A DNA stretch of 64,000 nucleotides. It comes from Arenimonas sp. GTDB taxonomy: Bacteria > Pseudomonadota > Gammaproteobacteria > Xanthomonadales > Xanthomonadaceae. The translations under genes were made by a program, and so were the position numbers. The stretch is taken from assembly GCA_050737775.1 (NCBI GenBank), contig JBOHYH010000171.1, positions 8,300 to 72,299 on the forward strand. Direction: 5' to 3'. Shown piece by piece: positions 15,248-24,700 of this stretch. How positions within the stretch are numbered: position 1 is the first letter of the stretch; each line of letters starts with the position of its first letter. The notes below the pieces were generated by a model that ran no database searches, had not been told where the DNA came from, and saw only the letters and a program-made list of their open reading frames with translations.

Positions 15248-17770
15248 ATGCTGAACGACAAGGAATTCAATACCTATATCCAAGAGCAGGAAGTCTCGGC
15301 ATCCGCTACTTCCTATATCGATACCACTAGAAAATCCAACCCTGCAAAAGCCGCTGGTGATGGGGCTTTATTGAATATGTCTTGCCGACTGGCGAGCCGA
15401 AAAATGGGCCACATCGTACAGGCCGCAAGTCGCACTGTGGAACTGCCCTATGCTATTCATTGCGAACTGCACCCTACCGTCTTTGAATTTTGGGACCAGC
15501 CCCGTCCGATACGTCTCATCCGTGTAAGGCTAAGCAAGAAAACCAACAAAGACATTCGCCATGTTGCTTCTTATACCGGGGATTACTTGACGCTTTACGG
15601 TAGCGGACCGGCAATCGTTGAATGTAAGTCTGCATCGGCGTATGAAAAACTAAAATCGAAACGTCCCAGCGACTGGAGTATTTCAGATTCGGAAATTGTC
15701 TATTTTCCGGCACTGGTAGCAGCACAGAATCTTGGCTTAGCTCATATCGTGGTAATGCCTGAGTCTCATTACGCAATTCGCGTAAATAACTACGAGCTCA
15801 TGTACGCGTGTCGGTATAGCCAGGCACCAAAAAATGAAGCTGCACTTCTCGAAGAAACGCGGGCTAGTTTGGCGGACGATCCGAAAACTATTGCACAACT
15901 TTGTGAGGAAGTAGATGGGCTGAATGACAGCTTGATCATTCATTGGCTTTCGCGCTTTGAGCTTCATTCATGTGTGAGATCTCAGCTGCTGATGGAGCGA
16001 CATTCCGCCTATATCTATCTAAATGCAGATGACGCAAAAACTAGAGACGATTTCCTGAAAGCGGAGCAAGACAGGAACAATGGCTTTATCGACTCATCAA
16101 AACTATCTATCGTCCTAACGTGTTCGGCATCTGCATTAAGGACCGGCGAAGCACATCAGAAAAAATATCAGGAATTCCTGGATGGGAAACGCAGTAAAAC
16201 CAGGCATGAACGCCGCTTTCCAGAAGAACTAATACGCGAATGCATAAATCGTTCTGGAAATCCTCTGCATCTTTTTATTCCTAACTACAAGTGCCGTGGG
16301 AATCGAAACGACAGGTATTCGCCTAAGCAGATCGAAATTTTTAACAAGGCTCTTAAGCAAATAATGGCGTCGCCCAGTCGTGCCACGCCAACACGTGTCC
16401 TTGCTCGAATGGACAGGCTATCGAAAGCAGACCCAAGAAGTATTGAGCAAGTTTCGCTTGAATCTGTACGTCTACGTCTGAAAAAGGAAGATCAGGAAAA
16501 AATCGCCCTGGCTCATGCTGGTCTTCGTGGATTCCATGGTGAACGACCGCCGATCGATCCCCTCTTCGGCACGTTGCGTACCTGGGTGCCGGGACTTGTT
16601 GTACACATCGATTCAACGCAGTGGGACCAGCGGCTTTGGAAGGAATCAGGCTTTGCGGACATCCTGCCTTGCCCTTGGTGGTATGGCGCCTTTGACGAAG
16701 GAAGCGGTCGCTGTGTAGGAGCATCATTAGCCTTCGGTAAATCTGACACATTCGCAATGTCTCTAGTGATGCGCGATATGGCTCGTCGTCTCGGTTTTTT
16801 ACCTGCCTTCATCGTCACAGATCGAGGCTCAGAATTTCAGTCAATTCTTTTCGAAACACTCAGTGCATTATGTAGCGTCAGCACCTTTCTGAGACCCGCC
16901 GGAGGCGCACGTTTCAGCTCTGAAGCTGAAAATGGTATGCGCCTGCCAAATGTGCAAATGGCGCAGCGTTTGTCCGGTAGTACATTCCTGGATAAAGCTG
17001 GCCGAAGTGCTGATGGCAAGAAGAAAGGTCGTTATAACGCTCGAATGACGTATCAACTGGCTAGGCAAGCATTGATCTGGTATCTCTTCGAATTCTTCAA
17101 TAAGAACAAGCACGGAACAGCTCCCGACACGCCCGATAATCTGTGGGACGAGGGCCGACTTTGCTATCCGATGGTCGGTTGCGAACTACTCGAGCCCCAA
17201 AACTGGGCTATTGCTTCAAGCGTGCCAGTGAAAGGCACCGTCGAGCGATTAAAAGGGATTCGTACCTACTACCGCACCTACAGTTCAAACGAGCTCTCTG
17301 AAGCACTCAAACGCAACGAGACCCCTAGTCGCAATCGCATCGACCCAGAAATACCGACTCTAATGTATTCAACAATTCATGGCCAAGTAATTAAGGCGCA
17401 TGACAGACAACACCTTCGCCTCAGTTCCCTGCCAACCGAGGCTCAAGTAGCCGAGCAGTTTTTGCATCGTCTGCGGGCAAAGGAAAACAGCAACGATCGA
17501 CGCGAGCAGCGTATGAAACTAGATACACGACTCGACCAAATGGAGGAGGTGGCCGATCTACTCCATGACACTAAAAAAGCCGCTACAGGTACTGATATTC
17601 CTAAGAACAGTAACACCAGCGTCGAACCTGAAGTGCATAAAACTAGTGGGGCAGACGCGTCCCCTGTAGTTCCGGAAAAGCAAAAAACGTCGCTATTCGA
17701 TCAAATTGCAAAGACTAAACCCCCAACCCAACTTAAGGATTTTGATGATGAAAAAAATTCCAGTGTTTGA
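15248..17770 (+). CDS. tnsAB: Fused TnsA endonuclease - TnsB DDE transposase
   Basis: N-terminal TnsA-like S..E.......E.....EFWDQP...YTGDYL...IVECK; C-terminal DDE triad VHIDST / IVTDRGSEF / SEAENG; a single ORF. Confidence 0.85.
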   Translation: MLNDKEFNTYIQEQEVSASATSYIDTTRKSNPAKAAGDGALLNMSCRLASRKMGHIVQAASRTVELPYAIHCELHPTVFEFWDQPRPIRLIRVRLSKKTNKDIRHVASYTGDYLTLYGSGPAIVECKSASAYEKLKSKRPSDWSISDSEIVYFPALVAAQNLGLAHIVVMPESHYAIRVNNYELMYACRYSQAPKNEAALLEETRASLADDPKTIAQLCEEVDGLNDSLIIHWLSRFELHSCVRSQLLMERHSAYIYLNADDAKTRDDFLKAEQDRNNGFIDSSKLSIVLTCSASALRTGEAHQKKYQEFLDGKRSKTRHERRFPEELIRECINRSGNPLHLFIPNYKCRGNRNDRYSPKQIEIFNKALKQIMASPSRATPTRVLARMDRLSKADPRSIEQVSLESVRLRLKKEDQEKIALAHAGLRGFHGERPPIDPLFGTLRTWVPGLVVHIDSTQWDQRLWKESGFADILPCPWWYGAFDEGSGRCVGASLAFGKSDTFAMSLVMRDMARRLGFLPAFIVTDRGSEFQSILFETLSALCSVSTFLRPAGGARFSSEAENGMRLPNVQMAQRLSGSTFLDKAGRSADGKKKGRYNARMTYQLARQALIWYLFEFFNKNKHGTAPDTPDNLWDEGRLCYPMVGCELLEPQNWAIASSVPVKGTVERLKGIRTYYRTYSSNELSEALKRNETPSRNRIDPEIPTLMYSTIHGQVIKAHDRQHLRLSSLPTEAQVAEQFLHRLRAKENSNDRREQRMKLDTRLDQMEEVADLLHDTKKAATGTDIPKNSNTSVEPEVHKTSGADASPVVPEKQKTSLFDQIAKTKPPTQLKDFDDEKNSSV

Positions 17771-18854
17771 ACATCAGAAATTTAATGAGGCGCTTGATGA
17801 GTGTTACGACCTCATTCTAAATGCCCAACCTGGAGAACTCATCCATATCGTTGGTGCATCGGGCATTGGAAAATCAACGCTTCGCAACCGCTTGTTTCTG
17901 GAAATCGGTAAGTCCCTGGGTGATTTGCCCATTGGTGAATTACGGATTATTTCAGTCAATGCCAGTAACAATTCGAATTCTTACTATGATTCCAAAGATT
18001 TTTTCTCTCGATCGCTCATCTATGCTGGCGACCCCTTCCGTTTCGTACCAAATGCAATTGAGAAGTCGAACGATGCCGACTCATTAGATCGATACCTAGA
18101 GCGCCTCGTTAAATCAAAAGAATGGCTCGCCAAGAATATCCCGAATACTGAAACTGATATCCGCAGCGCATTTGAAAGAATCTGCACCGTTAGGGGAGTG
18201 CTCTTCTTTTTCATTGACGAGGCACATGTCATTCGAATCAACCATAAGAACCGCGATCCGTCCAATCATATTGAGTCTCTTAAAAATATTGCCGTAGAAT
18301 TGGGAATCGTGATCGTACTTTTTGGCACATTTGCGTTGCTGGAGTTGTGCAATTTCAGCTCAGAAGTCAATCGTAGGGGACCTGTAGTCCATTTCTCCCG
18401 GTATATGGAAAATGTTGAAGAACTGCCAGGCTTCCTTGACGTCCTGGAAAAGCTAGGTGCGGAATTCACGTTTTGCGATCCCGAGTTTATTCGAACACAT
18501 TGGGAGTATATCTATAGTGTGACGGTCGGGGTTATAGGTGAAGCACATGGCTTGTTTAGAAGAGCAAGCGCCAAAGCTTGGGTACGGTGCAGAAAAGCGA
18601 AAATTAGCAGAGTGACAATCATTTATGCAGACTTAAAGAATGCAGCACACCCAGTGGCAAGACTAAAGAAACTCTATTTCGATATTGCAGTCGGTGAGGC
18701 ATATTTCGAGCAAGCTACGGACGAACTGCTCGGAGAATTGCGTCATAAATTGATGACAAACACGCTGATTGAAAGCCCCACTGATGACCCAATATCTCCT
18801 AAACGTCGACCTGGCCTTAGAACTCTTGTCCGAGACAAGGTAGGAATACGGTGA
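17745..18854 (+). CDS. tnsC: TnsC/TniB AAA+ ATPase
   Basis: Walker A GASGIGKS, Walker B FFFIDEAH; RBS taagga before ATG 17745; overlaps the tnsAB end. Confidence 0.9.
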   Translation: MMKKIPVFEHQKFNEALDECYDLILNAQPGELIHIVGASGIGKSTLRNRLFLEIGKSLGDLPIGELRIISVNASNNSNSYYDSKDFFSRSLIYAGDPFRFVPNAIEKSNDADSLDRYLERLVKSKEWLAKNIPNTETDIRSAFERICTVRGVLFFFIDEAHVIRINHKNRDPSNHIESLKNIAVELGIVIVLFGTFALLELCNFSSEVNRRGPVVHFSRYMENVEELPGFLDVLEKLGAEFTFCDPEFIRTHWEYIYSVTVGVIGEAHGLFRRASAKAWVRCRKAKISRVTIIYADLKNAAHPVARLKKLYFDIAVGEAYFEQATDELLGELRHKLMTNTLIESPTDDPISPKRRPGLRTLVRDKVGIR

Positions 18855-20191
18855 CTATAAGTACTATATTAGCGCCGCTTAAACTACATGGGCCAGGCAC
18901 CGCATTAGCGGAGTCTGTCGAGTCTTATCTGTGCAGGCTTGCTCATGTCCATTGCGTTACTCCTCGGCAGTTGATCACTTTCACATTATATGCAGCTGCG
19001 CATCCGGATGTGTTCGGGGTTGAATCTGAGTTATCGTCCAATCAGAGCATAATGAAAGCGTTTAGAGTGACGAAATCTATTGTCTATTCAGATACCTGTG
19101 GCTATTCATCGACCACACTTCGAATCATTGAGCAACTGAGTTTATTGACTGGCCAAACAAATCTAGTATGTGGCTCGTTATTAAGATTTCGCCATATTCT
19201 GGCTCGCAATTGCGGAAACTGTTTCGCTAATTTCAGGCGTTGGTGCCCATTGTGTTATCAGGACCCCTTGTTCAATAAAGCAGAACCGTTGGCATGGGGG
19301 ACGAAGTTTATATCACGCTGCGAGATGCACAATTGTCTGCTCGTTGACCGCTGTCCTAAATGCTCGCAGTTTCAGTGTCATTTTCGTGCAACGAAAACCC
19401 GCCTCACCTGCAGTAGCTGCGGTGCTAATTTGGGATATCATGCGCCAAGTAAAGCGGAGCTTGGCCCTTGGGATATGTGGTGTGAAGCCAAGATGCGAGA
19501 GCTCATTACACACATTTCAGATGCTGAAATTTCACCTTTCGATACCAGCTGTATTTCCCGATTTGAAAGAGCATTCAGAATCTCTTATAAAGATAGATTA
19601 TCCAGACCACACTTCATATATTCAAACATTTCTAGCAGAAAAAGTAACTCGCGCAAGTTTACTGAAAAGTCTAGACCGCGCCTTGACACAATTTTTAGAA
19701 TTAGTGCGCACCAATCAGTATCGCCACTTCAATTCTTTCTCATCCCTGAGGTGTGTGCAACTGTGGTTTTATTTAAAGATTTTTTGCATGATATTCCGAA
19801 TATTCCATTATTTCGTCGAGACCCATCGCTCTACGATGATTTTTATTCGAGAATGAGAAAGCTAATGAGTGATTGCAGTCGTCTTCCGTCCCTTCGACAT
19901 CTTTGCAGTAACGCGGGAATTATAGTAGGAAGTATGCGAACGAATAATAAGCAGCTATACAATGAATACCAACTGTTGCGGGCTGCACGCGAGAAAGAGT
20001 ACAGATCACTTCAAATAAAGAACAGCAAAAAAAAGCTTGCCGAAATAATTCTATTACGCGAAGAAAAGCAGCTGGGAATTGGTGTTGTTATAATAGCGGA
20101 CGAGTTACGAGCTGCGGTCGGAACGTCAAAAAACTTATCCAGAAAAATAGCACGTGAAGCATTGTTAGAAAGAGGTCTTATTTCGCGATGA
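18851..20191 (+). CDS. tniQ: TniQ/TnsD family target selector with long C-terminal extension
   Basis: ESVESYLCRLAHVH N-terminus; RRWCPLC...W......CEMHNCLLVDRCPKC zinc motifs; GTGA overlap with tnsC. Confidence 0.9.
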   Translation: MTISTILAPLKLHGPGTALAESVESYLCRLAHVHCVTPRQLITFTLYAAAHPDVFGVESELSSNQSIMKAFRVTKSIVYSDTCGYSSTTLRIIEQLSLLTGQTNLVCGSLLRFRHILARNCGNCFANFRRWCPLCYQDPLFNKAEPLAWGTKFISRCEMHNCLLVDRCPKCSQFQCHFRATKTRLTCSSCGANLGYHAPSKAELGPWDMWCEAKMRELITHISDAEISPFDTSCISRFERAFRISYKDRLSRPHFIYSNISSRKSNSRKFTEKSRPRLDTIFRISAHQSVSPLQFFLIPEVCATVVLFKDFLHDIPNIPLFRRDPSLYDDFYSRMRKLMSDCSRLPSLRHLCSNAGIIVGSMRTNNKQLYNEYQLLRAAREKEYRSLQIKNSKKKLAEIILLREEKQLGIGVVIIADELRAAVGTSKNLSRKIAREALLERGLISR

Positions 20192-20330
20192 AATGAAAAC
20201 CTCTATCTTCTAAAGCATATCCACGATCTCATAAAGACAGCCAAAGTAGCCAGCAATGTTAAATATTTTCATTGCACCAAGATGTTGGCTAGGCTAGCCC
20301 ATATGAACGAACCCATATTAACGAGATTGC

Positions 20331-21764
20331 TTATTGTCCACATGGCAACGCAGCTCTGTCTGTCTTAGGCCAACATACTTCAAGAAAGGTACACGCTTGG
20401 CAACACACTCGGCTATCTATTGGGGCTATTTGACATCTATCATCGCGTCTATCCAAGACCAATTGGTGAGCGCAATGATGGGCTTGTCCGTCGACAAAAA
20501 GTGCTCTCGGTTTGTGAATGGATCGCGTGCTTAACTGCGTGTTGCCGCTGGGGTAACCCGCTGCGTCACAGGCCCGCCATTGATGAAACCTACACGGGTC
20601 TACAACTGGCGTGGTTATAAGATAGTGCGTCGCTTGTCCAGTAATCAGCATCCAATGATCGGGGTTTACTTCATCGACTTCTATATAAAGAGGTTCGATT
20701 TGTTTTCGTGAAAATGCACTGGTTCGAGGTTTATAGCCTGGGCATGCCGCCAGAGGGGCGGGTTCTAGCACCACTCCGGTCTCAGTCGAACATTGATTCA
20801 GCAGATCAACTGCACGAATTCTCATTTCTTCCAAGTGATCCGCTAACTTTTTCGGAGAATCTTCTTGGTAGTCTACGATCAGGCAGTCGGTATGATGCAT
20901 TATAGTGAGGAGAACATTGTCATCCCTCAGTATGATAAGTGATGGATATACAAGGATGCGCGGACTAAGGACAAACTTCTTGCTACCAGAAGACTCATAC
21001 CGAACATGTACGCCGTGGAAGACGGCTTTAATCTTGTGAACCTGAATATGCTGTGGAAGCTGTGCTGGCCGCAGCAGCTTCGGAGGCCGGGAAGCTAGTG
21101 ATTCGTATCCAAGCAAATCCAATATTTCTGTCGAGCGCTCAACAAATTGTGATCGATGAAAAATTGCGATTTGTTCGTCGTTAGCAGTATCGTTCTCAGA
21201 AAACGTTTCACTAGGATTATGGAAAACAACTAGCCACTGTCCGCTTGTGAGTACCGCTCGCTGAATGTCATGATTGTGATTCGTTTTAAGTGCGCGTACA
21301 TACCTCATAACTTGACCAAGAAAGCCGTGCCACGTTGCAAAAGTGGGAGAGTCAACTTCCGCGCCCTTGTTCTTGATGTGGTTTATGGATCTGACTATTA
21401 AATTGGATTCCGTTTCGTTTTCGTTTTTGTTTCTTGAAGTAATGAAAGGCACGTCCCATGCTTTTGCTTCTACCATCAATATTGGATTTCGTTCTATCTC
21501 CGTAATTCCGATGTAGTCCATAAAATTCGTTGTGTCGACTTTAATTCTGGCTTCCTGAGCAACAGTACCAGAACTACCGAAGGTCCAACCCAACGCTTTC
21601 AATACCCCATCAATGAAAAACTCACGAGTCGTGAACTCTAGAATATTTGGTGTTCCTGCACCTGAGTAAGCCTCCAACGGATCAGTACCTGTCACTTTTT
21701 CAATGTCGCCAAGAAGTCGTTCCATCTCCTTCTTGAACGTGTTCGAGGCGTCTAGGCTATTCAC
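20331..21764 (-). CDS. HsdR_N-like restriction endonuclease domain protein with Cys-rich C-terminus
   Basis: TTREFFIDGVLKALGW...QE...DY...PILMVEAK; C-terminal CRFHQWRAC, HHCAH and CCQACTFLEVC; ATGA overlap with the upstream STAND gene. Confidence 0.75.
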   Translation of the reverse strand: MNSLDASNTFKKEMERLLGDIEKVTGTDPLEAYSGAGTPNILEFTTREFFIDGVLKALGWTFGSSGTVAQEARIKVDTTNFMDYIGITEIERNPILMVEAKAWDVPFITSRNKNENETESNLIVRSINHIKNKGAEVDSPTFATWHGFLGQVMRYVRALKTNHNHDIQRAVLTSGQWLVVFHNPSETFSENDTANDEQIAIFHRSQFVERSTEILDLLGYESLASRPPKLLRPAQLPQHIQVHKIKAVFHGVHVRYESSGSKKFVLSPRILVYPSLIILRDDNVLLTIMHHTDCLIVDYQEDSPKKLADHLEEMRIRAVDLLNQCSTETGVVLEPAPLAACPGYKPRTSAFSRKQIEPLYIEVDEVNPDHWMLITGQATHYLITTPVVDPCRFHQWRACDAAGYPSGNTQLSTRSIHKPRALFVDGQAHHCAHQLVLDRRDDRCQIAPIDSRVCCQACTFLEVCWPKTDRAALPCGQ

Positions 21765-24700
21765 TGAAGTAAATCAGGAATGCGATAAAGTAAACGACGA
21801 GCGGAAGACCAACCTGCATTCATGAGAATTTCAAGCGAAGCAACCAGTAATTCACGGCGCTTACTTTCTTCAAATATATCTTTGTGATCTGCCAAAAATA
21901 CGCCGAAAATCTTGACGATTAAGTCTGCTCCCATAGATTCGTACTGGTAGCCACCCCGCTTTCCGCCTTTCAGAAGTGCACCTGCCGCTAGATCAAAAGT
22001 CTTTCCTGGATTGCATTTAATAAGTTGTTCCAAAAGCTGCAGCAGATAGTAAATCGTGTGAGGAGAGCCATATTCTGTTATTGCATCTATTAGCTCATGC
22101 ACTTCATTGAAGTATTGCTGGAGATCGTCCCTCTGCAGTTTGGCGTTCTCATCGTCTTGCTGTCTAGAGATACCTGCCGCAAAATATAGCTCGCGACAGG
22201 CTATGTCGATAACCTCTACACATTGCTTAGCTTGAGAAACGTTTTCGGCGGTAGGATTGGTGGTGTCATAAAATTCAGCCAATTGCTTATTTGCGCTCTG
22301 GATGCAGTCTAAATAGATTTTCTGAGCCCGCTGACGTATAGGAAGATCGCCAGGGTCTCCCTGTTTTAGTCCAAAAACTAGTGCCCCTCGAAGTGTCGTT
22401 AAAACACTTCGCACTGGGTCGAAGTTATTTTCCGCGTTTGATATCCAAGCGTTGATTCTCGCATGCGCTTTCGGAAGTTCGTGCGTGACCCACAATATCG
22501 AAAGCAAGCTCGCTACATTTGCTGATAAACGTCGTGTCGCGTCTTCGTTATTTTCAAATCGATCAAGCAGGTTCAAAAGCAGAAGCTCGATCCGTGCACG
22601 TTCTGTATGTAAATACTTGGAAATGACGGCAGAGATTAGGAGAACGAGTACGGCAATACTGGTTTCGGTAGCTAGGCGTCTCTCAATCCGAGTCCACATG
22701 CCGAATCGATCAATGTGCCATAACCTAACCAGCCTATGACATGCTTGCATGCGTACCGCCGGATGACGGTCCGCCAATGACTTATCAATCAATGGAGCTA
22801 AAGCAGCATACAAATCGGGGCGCTGAAACAGCAATTCCAGCGCGGCGGTTGCCGCTTCCACTCGTGCCGCGGGACTTCCCCAGCTCGGCGATTCTTCAAA
22901 CGAGACATCGGTCATGGAATCAACGTACGGATTTTGTGAATTTGACGCAATTTGAATGAAGTGAACCAACTCTGTCACAGCAGTTTCTGAGGTCTCCGCG
23001 GACAACAGCTTCGCCTCTAGTATTTTTTGTATACCCTCTCCGAGTATTCCCTCCGCATAACCGCGTAACTTTTCATGAACATTCTTCGTAGCATCCAATC
23101 GACTAACGAGATTTCTAAGAACCCGAAGAGCTTCGTCTAGTGTGAATGAAACTTGCGACTCATCGGCTTTTCTAAGATTCAATTTTTTAGTTAATGATTC
23201 AATCTTTTCAATGATTATCGCGTTTTCAGGAGCCTCATGGTCGAGGCCATCGATCCAAAAATACGGCGGGGTTGCGTGTGCGCTTGTTTTCACAACATGT
23301 AGTCGCTCGTTTTCTACCTCTTCGTCGACTTGTGTCTCCAAGAATTGTTGGGCACCCTTCGTCAAAAGGTAGCCTTTTCCAATTGCACTGAAAAGCCGGA
23401 TGAGTAGGTACCGTTTTGCATCCTCTGCGTGAACGAAACGCGAAAGATCAAACTCAAAGACTGCCTTCTCAAATTGCTGACGCTCAGATTCAGATCTGCG
23501 CACAATCCCGCAAACTAACAAATCTATTGCATCTTTTCGAGTATCAGGCGAGACGAGAAATGCCTCACTAGCCGCGTAAGGCCATAAAAAGTCGGTTAGT
23601 TCATCATTTCGCTTAGCACCCACCATAAAAAGGCGCGACCAGTAAACTGCCAGCGTCGCATTGCTTATCAGATAATCTGCCAATATGATCGCATGCGATT
23701 CAGGTACTGCTTTTAGATGGGACACGAACTTTGTTATGAGTACTTCGGCATCCTGGCCGTGATCGTCGTCAGGATTGTGCGCCCAGATATAACTCAAGTC
23801 CTCTTGCATCTTAGCAACGCGCCCGTTGACGTCGACTTGGTGGAGCTCGTGGGTCGACTCAAGATGGTGTGCACGATCGACATAGGCATTAACGGACCAC
23901 AGAAATGCCTTAGTTGCTACAAGCGGATCGGACTCTAAAAACTTAGGGAAATGTTCGCTTAATGAATAGCGCGCCATTTCGTAATCCTGGCGCGCATTAG
24001 ATCTAAGGGGCAATATCTGGCTCGCGCCTAAGAGCGTCTCACGGTCTTCAGTAATTTTCTTAGTATAAATTTCCCGATAAACAATGGCAGCAAATTCTGG
24101 ATCTACTTCAGATAAGGCTGCTATTTTTCTTGCGATTGCCGGGGCCTCTTCAAAACCCCAAGTTTTGAAGCGATTATGATCAAATACGCGGCCGAGCAAC
24201 ATTCGTGATTGATCTGGATCGGTTTCATATGTACTGATTACAAATTCAATGGCTGCTGTGCTTAGCATCACCGGGTTTTGAACCGTAAAAGCATGCTGCA
24301 GTAGTGCTCGTGCCGTTTCACCCATTTCTGAGTGCTGTACCGTTTCCTTGGCTCGGTCTATTAGGAGAAATCCTAAGGAACGAATGGTCCATGCATTAAG
24401 TACAACTCCGGGAGTAACCAATGCTGCTAGATGTGACCATGGTGAAAGTGGAAAATCACCTTCATCTTCAATCCGAACCGCAAGCGCACCTATTACTTGA
24501 GAAAAAGCGATTCTCTCGGCTTCACCACCGGCCAAAATAATTTCAGCTAGCGACTCTGTGTCAATTCGCTGCTCGGGAAGTTCCACTGAAATCCTACTGG
24601 TCGCACTGCGAATGACTGGGTCACCAGCCTGGTCTCCGAGTATTTCCACAACTCGTTTCCAAAATCGGAAGTGATTTGTCTCGCTTGCCCATAACTCTTT

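Noticed and set aside
15690-15700. gaaattgt as the matching target duplication plus TGT end
   Set aside because: It lies inside the tnsAB coding sequence, so it cannot be an element end
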